From assembly GCA_951406725.2 (NCBI GenBank), contig OX597818.1, forward strand, positions 56,544,001-56,608,000: a DNA stretch of 64,000 nucleotides, written 5' to 3'. The notes beneath the pieces were generated by a model. That model was not told where the DNA came from. It ran no database searches and was given only the letters and a program-made list of their open reading frames with translations. This stretch comes from Octopus vulgaris. Lineage: Eukaryota. The position numbers were made by a program, and so were the translations under genes. Below, in pieces: positions 36,170 through 48,839 of the stretch. Position 1 is the stretch's first letter. Each line of letters opens with the position of its first letter.

Positions 36170-38399
36170 AATAGCAGCCAAAATCTTTCAAATCTCACTC
36201 CATGTTAGAGTGGAACATATTGGATAAAGTGGTCCTCAGTTCTTGGCATTTACGGATGGGATGGTCATGTTCAGAAGGCCTTTGATCATAAGTTTCTTTA
36301 ACCAAGGTAAACACTGTCATGATTGCTATTGTTGATCTTTTTTATATAGTTATTTATTTTTAATTATACTGCACTAATTAGTGCAGTTGAATTTCTCCTG
36401 AGGAGACAATGAGGTTTGTCTGATGCAGGCATGGCTGTATGGTTTTGAGGTTTGCTTCCCAACCACACAGGTTTCAGGTTCAGTCCCACCTTGGGTACGT
36501 GTATTCTATTACAGTCCCTAGCTGGCCAAAGCTTTGTTAGTGGATTTCATAAATGGAAACTGAAAGAAGCCCATCATCATTTATAATGTATATTTGTACA
36601 TTGACGCAAGCATGGCTGTCTGGTAAGAAGTTTGATTCACAACCACAAGGTTCTGGGTTCAGTCCCACTGTGCAAGTGACTGAGCAAGTGACTTGCATCT
36701 TGGGCAAGTGACTGAACCCGGAACCATGTAGTTGGTAAGCAAGCTACTCACCACACAGCCATTTACTAAATTCGTTAATTTTCAAAATTAATTGAAAGAA
36801 ATGCTGTTCATTTCAGCATAAATATGGTAACAAAAGGGTTAAAGTGATCTCAAAGCTTTTCATTGAAACATCATCATCATCATCATCGTTTAACGTCCGT
36901 TCTCCATGCTAGCATGGGTTGGACGGTTCGACCGGGGTTCTGGGAAGCCAGAAGGCTGCACCAGGCTCCAGTCTTTTATATTCCAAACACCAGCAAGCAC
37001 CCATGGTCCCTTTTTTTAAGGACCAGAAGGATAATCCATCTTATTTCTGCAACACCTGTATTTTTCTGAGATATCTTTAATTTAGTCATCAGGACTGGAG
37101 TGTCTTTCAAATAATGTAATAAAATTTTTTTTATATATTTAGTACCGGATAAAGTTGTATAAAATATTTTTGGTAATAAAATTAAATTTGGATCCTAATG
37201 GGTTGATGGAATGACTAATGTATTTTTCTAGCTTAATCATTATTTTCAAAATTAATTGTGACAAAGACTGTATTTTATGAAAAGGTTACAAAGCCAACAA
37301 TTAAAAAAATATCTTTGTCATAACCACATTTCTGTTTACTGTGTTGTTTTTAACTTCATATTATTGAGCTATGAACTGGGACATTGGCTCGTGATCTGAT
37401 ATATGACTTAGATTTATGAAATTATTGTGATGACATATACCAGACTAAAGATTGACAAGATACTGAGGTCTGTCCAACCCATGCAAGTATGAAAAATGAA
37501 AATAAAAAAGTTGGAAACAAGATGTTAAGGGCCTCTAAATTATCAGAGAAACAATGATATTCAAAGGAACAATTGTTTGATGTTTATGTTAAATCTCAAA
37601 GTCTGGATTGGCAGAAAGGGAGTGTCTAGTTGAAAGCAGTTATACTATGGGACTGACGAATGTTTACTGTGTTCCGAGGTTAAAATAACATCATCCTTAC
37701 TGGATGTCACAAACTAGTTACTTAGTGACAATTAAATTGGAGTTTAGCTCATTATCCTCCTACATAACATCAGCAGGGTTGACTCCGAAATTGGAGCCAC
37801 TGCGTAAATGAGAGCCAATTTGTAAAGTACAGGGTGTCCCAGAAAGATTTTTCCATGTTTAACCCTTTAGTGTTCAGATTATTCTATCAAACATAATGCT
37901 TATTGATTCCCATTGATCTGAATTAATCATGCATTATCTCATATCTTCAAGATCTTGATGGTGCAATTACTTAATATAGAATAACATTGTAGGGTAGGTG
38001 TGAGAGCCTGGATCTGGTCAGTTCGAACATAAAACAGATTAACTATTTTGGCCGGACATGGCCGGTTTAAATACTAGAGGGTTAAAACTCTTTCTAAATA
38101 TCGGTTCAAGTAATTCTGTTGTGTCTGGGGAGAGTCATTTTCTTTTTGTGCCTTTTACTCACCGGTAAAATTTCCACTTTTTTCTTACTTTTTCAATAGT
38201 TTTGACTTTCATTCAAGTAATATTATCTAGATTTTACATAAAGATTTGTCTTTAGTTCCATGTGTCTATTGTTTTGTTCATCAAGGGTTTGCAAACAAAC
38301 ACTGCATTGAAAGCAAAATGTGACCAGATTGTCACTTTGAATCCTTGACCCCTCATTGACCTCCAGGCATGTAGGAGAAAATAAATAATAACAATTACA

Positions 38400-38576
38400 T
38401 AGGCGCAGGAGTGGCTGCGTGATAAGGAGCTTGCTTCTCAACCACATGGTTCCGGGTTCGGTCCCACTGCATGGCATCTTGGGCAAGTATCTTCTACTAT
38501 AGCCTCAGGCCAACCAAAGCCTTGTGAGTGGATTTGGTAGATAGAAACTGAAAGAAGCCCGTTGTATATTTGTATA

Positions 38577-38639
<63 letters not shown>

Positions 38640-38788
38640 CTGTGTTTTTCCCCCCCAACATCACTTGACAACCAATGCTGATAGAATATGCTTACAAAAA
38701 ATAAGCCCTGGGCTCGATTTGCTCGACTAAAGGCGGTGCTCCAGCATGGCCAGTCAAATGACTGAAACAAGTAAAAGAGTAAAGAGTA
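38400..38788 (+). mobile_element. SINE family A
   Basis: Matches the consensus, with an internal deletion. Confidence 0.85.
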
Positions 38789-39544
38789 TTTCAAAGATCC
38801 TCAAAAATAATTTGGTATAAGGAATCTGCTTCTCTACTTATCAGAGACCAGGCATCCAACTTCTCATTCATTTCAGCTGGGACTTATTACTTTCAACCGA
38901 GAGGCCGTGACTAACTCATTTCTATACTACTGTTCCATTTAACCAATTTTCGCTGCCCGTTTACTTAATAACGCACACCATGTTTATATAGTTAAAATAT
39001 CTAGCCTTTCATTTTGTTGATATAAAATAATTTACTTAATGAGAAATTCAGAAACTTATTTTGTTATTTCAGATCATACAACACATCAAAATAAGCCAAT
39101 TTCTTCTTGCATACTGCTAATCAAAACACTGAATGAACAAAATGACATTAAAGAATGGTGGTAATATTGTCATCATATTGTCATCATCATCATCATCATC
39201 ATTCCCATCATCACCATTATCATCACCAACATCAACGCTCCCATCACCACCACTTTGCTTCAGCTTTCCATTTTAGTACTAGTTGAACAGGTCATTCATC
39301 AATCGACACATATTTGGTGGGTACAGCTCACCTAGATGGGCCCAGGGTGGTGGGAATGTCCTCATCTTCCTTGGTTTCAGTGGTTAGATTAGATGTCCAT
39401 CCTAACACTAACTCTTTTACAATATACATACATGTTGTGCTATATACATATAATAAATGTCATTACATACATAGTTATGGCACTAGTCAATGTTTATTCG
39501 AAACGGCTGTTAAGATAAGGCTACATCACCATTTTTTTATTCTT

Positions 39545-39931
39545 TCATTTGTTTCAGTTATTTTGACTGCGGCCATGCTGGAGCATCGCCTTTAGTTGAG
39601 CAAATCGACCCCAGGACTTTATATTTGTAAGCCTAGTAATTATTCTATCGGTCTCGCCGAACCACTAAGTGACGGGGACGTAAACACACCAGCATTGGTT
39701 GTCAAGCGATGTTGGGGGGACAAACACAGACACACAAACATACACACACATATATATGTATATATATGACAGGCTTCTTTCAGTTTCCATCTACCCAATT
39801 CACTCAGAAGGCTTTGGTCAGCCTGAGGCTATAGTAGAAGACATTTGCCCAAGGTGCCACGCAGTGGGACTGACCCCAGAACCATGTGGTTGGTAAGCAA
39901 GCTACTTACCACACAGCCACTCCTATGCCTA
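39545..39931 (-). mobile_element. SINE family A
   Basis: Matches the family consensus. Confidence 0.85.
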
Positions 39932-40543
39932 TTTACTGTATATGCAACTTTCCATGTGAATATGCTCTTGCCTTACTTTTGTTTATCTGCCTTTTCTGTT
40001 TATACATATAATCTTTGAGATGTCTTATGGCTGGTTTTTTGTTTTGTAAGCAATGTAAATACTAATTTATGGTACTCTATAGATTATAACACTCATATCA
40101 AAACACCAAGTTGTGACCGAGTGAACACACTGAGACCACATCCTGTGACTGCCACCAGCTTCCAATTTTGTTGCATCCCTAATTTTGTTGCAATCAACTC
40201 TTCAATACTATTATATCAGTCGTTGTTGCTAATTATTATATGTGAATGATACTTTGCTTGCGGGAAGTTGTTTAAATTCTATTTAGCTTTAATCAGAATG
40301 ACCCCTAACCTATGATGTTTCAGCCATGGCCATCCCATCTTTATATCAACATAAAAAAGAATAAGGATTAAGGCTAGTTTACTGGATTCTGTCATGTAAA
40401 TATTCCATCCTCAGTCAGGACGGTCTGTCACAGGGTTGCCCATTTTTGCCAGCTGAGTGGACTGGAGCAACATGCAGTGAAGTGTTTTGCTCAAGAATAC
40501 AACACTTCACCCTGTCTTGGGATCAAAGCCACAACTTTATGGT

Positions 40544-40990
40544 CAGGACTTTGGAGTCAGAGTTGGAAACAATCAGTCGGTAAAACTATACCGACTCCGA
40601 CTCACGAGGTCTTTATTTTTTAATATAAACCTAGGCCTACTCAGAGTACATCTAGGCCTACTCAGAGTACAAGTGTATGCATATGCTTTGAGATATGTAG
40701 ACCACAATCACTTAATTACATGAAGAGGAGTCGAAGTCAGAGGTACCAATAGTAGAGGAACCAATTGGAGTCAGTGGTGCCAAAAGAGGAGTCAGTAAAA
40801 CTATACCGACTCCAACTTACAATATATTTATTCTTTAATATAAACCAGTTATAAGATACAGGTCTACACAAAGTACAAGTGTATGCTTTATGAGATACGT
40901 AGGCCACAATCATTTAATTACATTAAGAGGAATCGGAGGTGTCAATAGTGGTTAAAGTGATCAGAACTTTGACTCTGACTCCACAGATAT
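40544..40990. mobile_element. MITE with ggagtc/gactcc subterminal motifs and an internal duplication (hAT-like)
   Basis: Begins caggactttggagtcagag and ends gactctgactccacag. gtaaaactataccgactcc occurs twice (~40580 and ~40796). Confidence 0.55.
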
Positions 40991-41932
40991 CGGCATAGTG
41001 TATCTAGAAATACATGACTCTAATATGCCATAATTTTCCTCCAAGAATGCAAGTAGGCACTGATCATCTTCCCTAATTGGCTTAGGGAAAAATTAATCTC
41101 TGTCATGAAATTTGTCTAGAAATTGCAGTTAAATTTCTTTCATATCTTAAAATTTTATAAGGAAAAAAAATTTGAAGGTTATATCGGATAATGTGGTTGT
41201 GAATAATATATTGTCTGAAAGCAAGATGGAGATGTTATGACTGCATCCTTTGATATTGTAGTTCTGCTCCAAGTTGATCCCTGACTAATTATGAATCCAT
41301 TTAAATATGTAAATTGATAACATTTTCTCATTGTCTCTCACTTTTGTTCTTCTGGTTGCTTTTCCCATCCTCTCTCTCTCTCTCTCTCTTTTTTTGCTTT
41401 CCTCTCTCTAGTATAGATGTAAAATACAGCTTTCTTTAAAAAATTTTAAGCCCGGCTACGTGATCAGACTAATTTAAGTCTTTAGACTTGGGATTATACC
41501 AGTGTCGGTATATAAGTACTTGTTGGGGATTAGTGAAAGCTTTTAACACCCACATACTCGAATCTTGTGCATGAACACACACACACACATAGAGGATGAC
41601 AACAAAAACATAGCTGTGGTGCACAACCTTGGTGTCCAATTGCAGAAACACAAAACATCATTGTCAGAAATATATGTTTTATGTCCTTCACCCAAATATA
41701 AACAACTGAAAAAAAAAAAATTGAAATATCATACTTGTATGATGTAATTTATGATTACTACATTACAGTAACTGTCACAGGATTGTATTTACATGCGCAG
41801 AACCATACTTTTATTCCTACAAAAACCTCTTCAAAATATCTATCATTGAGTGTATGATGAAATACTAATTTATATGATTGTGGCTGAACAATGTATTGTT
41901 GCAACAACTGAGGAAGGAATGAATGTAATACC

Positions 41933-42360
41933 TATTTCTTTACTACCCACAAGGGGCTAAACACAGAGAGGACAAACAAGGACAGACAAAGGGATTAAGT
42001 CAACTACATCGCCCCCCCCCTCCCAGTGCGTAACGGGTATTTATTTAATCGACCCCGAAAGGATGAAAGGCAAAGTCGACCTCGGCGGAATTTGAACTCA
42101 GAACGTAGCGGCAGACGAAATACCTATTTCTTTACTACCCACAAGGGGTTAAACACAGAGAGGACAAACAAGGACAGACAAAGGGATTAAGTCAACTACA
42201 TCGACCCCCCAGTGCATAACTGGTACTTATTTAATTGACCCCGAAAGGATGAAAGGCAAAGTCAACCTCGGCGGAATTTGAACTCGCAACATAGCGGCAG
42301 ACAAAATGCCACTAAGTAATTCGTCCAGCGTGCTAACGAGTCTGCCAGCTCGCCACCTTT
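41933..42360 (-). mobile_element. Family B SINE dimer with TSD
   Basis: Flanked by aatgaat(g/t)taatacc at 41918 and 42361. Confidence 0.85.
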
Positions 42361-42753
42361 AATGAATTTAATACCCTTAATTTAATTTTTGGACCTAACC
42401 ATATTATGCTCTGCAACTAATACAGTACCCCTGAACTTTCAGTTTGTATGGAATGGTTCCCTCCAAGGAAAACTTACCCCCAGCTGGTATTTGCAAACCT
42501 GTTGATTGAAGAAACCTCTTGGATTTTCTAAATCCCCTCTAATCTGAGAGATTATGTGTGTGTGAAAATGAATAGAAATGGCTTTCCTGATAATTTTTCC
42601 ACTTTAAGAATTAGATGTTTATTAGTTTTTGCAAATAAACAGCCACATACTCGAATCTCATGCACAAACACACACACACACACAGAGGATGACAGCAAAA
42701 ACATAGCTGTGGTGCACAACTCTGTTGTACTGAGGACTTTTTATTTCTATTCT

Positions 42754-42785
<32 letters not shown>

Positions 42786-42790
<5 letters not shown>

Positions 42791-42975
42791 AGAGGTTACG
42801 AAAAAAAAAAACAAGACGAAGACAGGTGGTGTACAAAACAAACAGATGTATTAGAATAATGCTCAGGAATAGAAAAAGTCTTTTATGTTTCGAGCCTACG
42901 CTCTTCTACAGAAAGGGACACAGAAAAAACAAGGAGAGAAAAAATGTGTGTAGTGGCTAACGAACTATCATGGCG
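42786..42975 (-). mobile_element. (TA)n-embedded hammerhead-like element (motif 42880-42915)
   Basis: Reverse-complement copy of 22496-22651. Confidence 0.65.
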
Positions 42976-42986
42976 ACTGATATCGG

Positions 42987-43035
<49 letters not shown>

Positions 43036-43038
<3 letters not shown>

Positions 43039-43888
43039 GGTGCGATGGGTAAATTGTTGCCATTTTATATTTTTAATTTCATGCATACACATTGTTTTTG
43101 ATTAGGTCAACTACACAGTAAAGTAGGGTCAGTTGGGCACCATCTGTGAGAAAATTAGCACCATGATGCAATTCACTCTGCCAGAAATTAGGAAATGACA
43201 TGCTGTACTGCTTAGAATTTATGCTGGAAGCTCTAATATAAACATTTCAAAGTATTTGGGTGTCAATCTGAGGACTTGGAGCAAGAGTGATGAAAACCAA
43301 ACATCCAGTCAACATCATGCTGTTTGGAATGATCACTAGTGATGGCAACGTTATGCCTCCGTTCATCTTCAACATAGAGGCCTACATCAAGTGTTTGGAG
43401 GAGGTAGTGCTGCCCTCGATCAAGAGGGTGGCTGCTGGAAGACCCTATGTCTGGCAACAGGACTCTCTTCCGTGCCACACAAACAGGAGAACCCAGTCAT
43501 AGCTGTCAGACAATTTCTGCAACCACATCACTCCTAATATCTGACAACCTAACTCCCCAGACTGCAGACCCCTTGATTATTATATGTGGAGTGCAGTTGA
43601 GCGAGAGACCAACAAAACTGCTTGTAACACCAAAGATGAACTGAAGGCAAGGATTATGGCAGCATTCATCAACTTAAACAAGGAGACAGTCCAGAAGAGC
43701 TGTAGGAGATTCTGAAGTCATCTGGAGGGCTTGCTTCAAACCAATGGTGATTTTATTGAATAAATTTACTCTTTAGTATTTCAAAATATTTTTATGTAAT
43801 TTTGGTCAATATATCTGTTAAAATGAGATGTCAGTATTATTTTCATTTTTGCGTAATTTAGATGACAATTTATTCACTGCACCCTGTA
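43036..43888 (+). mobile_element. Internally deleted DD37D (maT-type) Tc1/mariner transposon
   Basis: 43287-43763 translates, through stops, to KTKHPVNIMLFGMITSDG...VWQQD-(37 aa)-D with NSPDCRPLDYYMW. Degenerate TIRs ggtgcgatgggtaaattgttgcc / gatgacaatttattcactgcaccctg-TA. Confidence 0.85.
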
Positions 43889-43906
43889 TGGGTATATATA
43901 CATACA

Positions 43907-43949
<43 letters not shown>

Positions 43950-43954
<5 letters not shown>

Positions 43955-44127
43955 CAACAATTGAGGGTAAAATTAATTAATTATTAATCAATTTCACCAA
44001 GTATTCAGTATGTAAAGGGACCATTATAGTTGAATTCAAAATATTACATTATATATAAGGGCTTAGTAAAATAAATTACTTTGCCACATGAGTTCAGTAT
44101 GTGGCAAAGTAATTTATTTTACTAAGC

Positions 44128-44138
<11 letters not shown>
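43950..44138. mobile_element. TA-embedded element capped by a hairpin with 40-bp arms
   Basis: Arms 44050-44089 and 44099-44138, with a 9-nt loop. Confidence 0.6.
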
Positions 44139-44160
<22 letters not shown>

Positions 44161-44163
<3 letters not shown>

Positions 44164-44357
44164 CCATGTTGATTCGCTAGCTTCTGCACGCATTTTTTTT
44201 CTCTCCGTGTTTCTTTTCTGTGTATCTTTCTGTTGAAGAGCGTAGGCTCGAAACGTAAAAGACTTGTTTTATTTATATTCCTGTGCACCATACTAATACA
44301 ATTGTTTGTTTGTACTCCACCTGCCTTCGTCTTTTGTTTATTTTCATAAAGCTTCCC

Positions 44358-44358
<1 letters not shown>
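44161..44358 (+). mobile_element. (TA)n-embedded hammerhead-like element (motif 44226-44261)
   Basis: cttt-ctgttga-a-gagc-gtag-gctc-gaaa-cgta-aaag. Confidence 0.65.
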
Positions 44359-44406
<48 letters not shown>

Positions 44407-45944
44407 GACAAAGACATGAGAGTTACATCTTCAAAATTTATGTAATAATAAATATTTACTTTATATTTCATCCTGATGTGTTTCTGCTGAATATATATCC
44501 TAAGACACACAGTCTGCAGACACACATGTCAGAATGTAATATGAAGAAAATGGTTTTTAATAAATAAATTTTAAAGATGTATAAATCTCCATTCACCATT
44601 ATTCTGTCTTGATAATATACTCTGTAATGTATACTAAAATCCGGTGACTCAGTATATGCTGTATTCTTCATGAAATCTGTTGAAGTGAACTCCGGACTTA
44701 CAAATCGGATGTGGTACAGTTTGTTTATTCTAAATAATTCTAAATGTTTCCTATCATTCGATGTGGTTAGCCTAGGCTGGATTTTATCAGAGTACTTGTT
44801 GAAGATTAGTGAAAGCTTTTTACACCCACATATTTGAATCCTGTGCACATGCATGCACACACACATACACAGAGGATGACAGCAAAAACATAGCTGTGGT
44901 GTGCACAACTCTGGTGTCCAATTGCTGAAACACAAAACATCATCACCTACCTAGATTTAAAATCCCTATTGCTTTGCATTGTGTGTATGTATGTATGTAT
45001 GTATGTATGTATGTATGTGTGTGTGTGTGTGTGGAGAGAGAGAAAAAGAGAGAGAGAGACAGACAGACAGAGAAGTATTGATGATTAGAAACCTGCAATT
45101 CAGATTAGTAATGTGAAAGCTGAAACTACCATAGGAAAGAGCAATAAATTTGTCTTAGAGGTAAAGCAATGAAAATTGTTCTAATTAAATACGTCATAAT
45201 TAATAGTTGTGTGACGGATATTAATTATGGGAGAGAAGAGGAGAAGCATGGGAGAAAGATGTGTGAAAGTTTGTATATGAAGATGTCTTATTATAATTAC
45301 CCAACAAAATATACAGAAATTTCTCTCTCTCCCTCTTCCTGTCTCTTTCACTCTCTCTTTGTCTTTCACTTCCTTGCTCACTAGCTCCTTCTCTCTCTCT
45401 CTCTAACTATTTCCCTCACTTGTAGATTGGCTGCGATGCAATTCTGAAAACTGCGTCAAAAATGTAAGAAGGAAAAAAAAAAGAAAGAAAAAAGAATCTT
45501 ATCTCTTAACTGATTACGAATGTAGAGATTAAAGAAAGTTTAAATCTACTGGGATCTCTTTTGGTTAATGTCTCCTTACTTGCCTTTATCTTTTGATGCT
45601 AGAATTAAGCTCTTTTATAGAACCGTCCAACCAACTTCCAGCTGCCAACACAAACCAGACAAAAATCTCACCTCCACCCCTCTTCCCCATCTCTTTCTGC
45701 TTCTGAATATCTGCATTTTACCAACATGGCACTATTGATGATGTCTTCTTCTTCTTCACACAAAGAATTTCCTATTGTCTGCCTTCTCTCTTCATTTCTT
45801 TCTGTCAAAGAAACATGTCATTTACAGAAAAATTTTAGTCTCTGCAGAAAATCTCTTTTGTTCATTTTCATCTTTTATCCTTTGTGTTTTACTTGTTTCA
45901 GTCATTGGATTGTGGCCATGCTGGGGCACCACCTTAAATGACTT

Positions 45945-46172
45945 TTAACCCTCTTGTTACCATATTTTTGTTGAGATGCTCTGTGTTTCTTTTAATTACT
46001 TTAAATATAACAAAGAATTTAGTAAAATAACTTAGTTATCATTAAGCTGGTGTTAGGAACATAAATTGTGACTAAGGTTTGGTGGAAGATTTTAATTCAA
46101 AACTTATGAAAACAAGACATTTGTACTCAGAGCCAGAGCCGGTTTCAGCCGGGTTGGTAACGAAAGGGTTAA
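45945..46172 (-). mobile_element. piggyBac-type MITE
   Basis: TTAA-CCC...GGG-TTAA; inverted copy of 1900-2126. Confidence 0.85.
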
Positions 46173-46327
46173 GGAAGCAAATCAACCCCAAGTACTTTTT
46201 TGTTTTTATTTAAAACCCGGTGCTTATTCTATTGCAGTGCTCTGTGACATTTTTTTCACTTGCAATGCACTTAGATTCTTCTCAAAATTCAATGGCACAC
46301 CTGAACTAAAAGTATAATTAAAGGTGT

Positions 46328-47340
46328 CTCTTTTACTCTTTGACTTGTTTCAGTCATTTGACTGCGGCCATGCTGGAGCACTGCCTTTAGTCGATCAAAT
46401 CGATACCCAGGACTTGCTCTTTGTAAGCCTAGTACTTATTCTATCGGTCACTTTTGCCGAACCGCTAAGTTACAGGGACGTAAACACACCAGCATCGGTT
46501 GTCAAGCGATGTTGGGGGGACAAACACACACATATATATAGATATATGCATATACAAATATACGACGGGCTTCTTTCAGTTTCTCTCTACCAAATCCACT
46601 CACAAGGCTTTGGTCAGCCCGAGGCTATAGTAGAAGACACTTGCCCAAGGTGTCCTGCAGTAGGACTGAACCCAGAACCATGTGGTCAGGAAGCAAGCTT
46701 GTTACCACACAGCCTTGCCTGTGTCTGCAGCGATGGGTGTATGTGGGGTACAAATACATACACACACACATATATACACACGATGGGCTTCTTTCAGTTT
46801 CCATCTACCAAATCTACTCACAAGGCTTTTGGTCAACCCAGGGCTATAGTAGAAGACACTTGCCCAAGGTGCCATGCAGTGGGACTGAACCCAGAACCAT
46901 GTGGTCAGGAAGCAAGCTTGTTACCACACAGCCTTGCCTGTGTCTGCAGCGATGGGTGTATGTGGGGTACAAATACATACACACACACATATATACACAC
47001 GATGGGCTTCTTTCAGTTTCCATCTACCAAATCTACTCACAAGGCTTTTGGTCAACCCAGGGCTATAGTAGAAGACACTTGCCCAAGGTGCCATGCAGTG
47101 GGACTGAACCCAGAACCATGTGGTCAGGAAGCAAGCTTGTTACCACACAGCCTTGCCTGTGTCTGCAGCGATAGTGTATGTGGGGTACAAACACAGACAC
47201 ACATACATACGATGGGCTTCTTTCAGTTTCCATCTACCAAATCCACTCACAGGGCTATAGTAGAAGACACTTGCCCAAGGTGTCCCGCAGTGGGACTGAA
47301 CCTAGAACTAACTCGTGGAGAAGCAAGCTTCTTCTTACAT
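46328..47340 (-). repeat. SINE family A followed by a 219-bp tandem array of its 5' half
   Basis: tgtggtcaggaagcaagcttg at 46681, 46900 and 47119. Confidence 0.9.
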
Positions 47341-47743
47341 CTGCATCTATTTATTTATATATTTTTACTTTTTTTTTTATTATTTAAAAAAAATTTTTTT
47401 TTTTTACTTTTTTGGCATTTGCGCAGTTTTTCCAAACTGAGATGTTCCACTGGTTTATTTATTCTTACTGCCATTAATTAAAGGATGACTTGATGTTTTC
47501 AAGTACTTCTTAGATGAGTACAGCCATTGTTTCATCTCTCGTTTTCCTTTTGTCTTCTTTTCTTCATTAAATGAGTCATTTTCTGCTCTCTTTCTTCCTC
47601 TTCTTCTTAATCTGCTTCTTCTTGGCAATATTACAAGGCCTCCTATACGAATAATGCTAATTTGCAGAGGTTTTAAGATAAATTTAGATTTCAAGTGACA
47701 ATAGCATTATAGGTATTGTGTGTGTGTGTGTTTTACCTCACCT

Positions 47744-47946
47744 TACTCTTTTACTTGTTTCAGTCATTTGACTGCGGCCATGCTGGAGCACCGCCTTTAG
47801 TCGAGCGAATCGACCCCGGGACTTATTCTTTGGAAGCCCAGTACTTATTCTATCGGTCTCTTTTGCCGAACCGCTAAGTGACGGGGACGTAAACACACCA
47901 GCATCGGTTGTCAAGCAATGCTAGGGGGACAAACACAGACACACAA

Positions 47947-47979
<33 letters not shown>

Positions 47980-48144
47980 CGACGGGCTTCTTTCAGTTTC
48001 CATCTACCAAATCCACTCACAAGGCATTGGTCGGTCCAGGGCTATAGCAGAAGACACTTGCCCAAGACGCCACGCAGTGGGACTGAACCCGGAACCATGT
48101 GGTTGGTTAGCAAGCTACCTACCACACAGCCACTGCTGCGCCTA
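47744..48144 (-). mobile_element. SINE family A, full length
   Basis: Matches the family consensus. Confidence 0.85.
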
Positions 48145-48180
48145 TAATGGTTTTTTTTTTTTTGGTACCATACTTATATA

Positions 48181-48430
48181 TACAGTGATGGCCAAAAGTC
48201 ACCTGACAGTAAAGTCAAAATTCCATAAATACTTAATATTCAATTTTATTTATTCATCCTAATTATGAATGTTTAATAATTGAATTTTGTGAGTTAAAAA
48301 TCACCGTTTTTTTTTTTTTATGTTTTTGTCTATTTATTAGCAAAGTCTCATAAAATAACTTTTTGTTTTAATCTTGGAATTAAATAGGTTTTAATTAATT
48401 TACCGTCAGGTGAATTTTGGCCAACCTTTT
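48181..48430. mobile_element. Tc1-like MITE
   Basis: TA-CAGTG start; inverted ends tggccaaaagtcacctgacagtaaa / tttaccgtcaggtgaattttggcca. Confidence 0.65.
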
Positions 48431-48496
48431 ACTTACAAAGTGATTGTCATGTTTATATAAATCCTTTGATTTAAAATTCCAACAATATTAATAGTA

Positions 48497-48614
48497 TTTT
48501 TTTTTCTCTTTCTTTTTAGGTAAGTTGAAATGTTGTCTGACTTTCGGTAACGATGATCAGTTATTGGTAATGTGAATTCAATATTTGTTTGTCACAACTA
48601 TTTCCCAGGTGAGT
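48497..48614 (+). promoter_or_regulatory. Candidate recursive splice site (AG|GTAAGT at 48519/48520) with an 89-nt RS/cryptic exon (48520-48608)
   Basis: 21-nt pure pyrimidine tract plus AG, immediately followed by GTAAGT. Downstream donor CAG|GTGAGT at 48608/48609. Confidence 0.5.
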
Positions 48615-48839
48615 TTTTACCGACAGTCTAGTTTTGTATGGCACCTTTCTACTACGAACAACTTCCCCATCCAGTTGAGTGGTTGACAGCATTGTTTTTT
48701 TCGTATTTTTTCTATCTTGTATCAAAGCCATTCTGGAGCACCACCTTGAAAAGTTTAATTGAACAAATCAACCTTAGTTTGAGAACTGTGGCCATGCTGG
48801 GGCACTGCCATTACTTTTGCTACGCTTTCATCATTTGAT

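Noticed and set aside
39073-39164. Possible second exon after tttcag (DHTTHQNK...EWW*)
   Set aside because: No hydrophobic TM2 as expected for a claudin-like protein, early stop, and no supporting donor.
44468-44935. 155-aa minus-strand ORF
   Set aside because: Starts in a local repeat with a CA tract; no recognisable motif or clear splice signals.
46324-47481. 385-aa ORF
   Set aside because: Entirely antisense SINE A sequence plus 219-bp tandem copies; the same peptide (EDTCPRCHAVGLNPEPCG) appears in every SINE copy.
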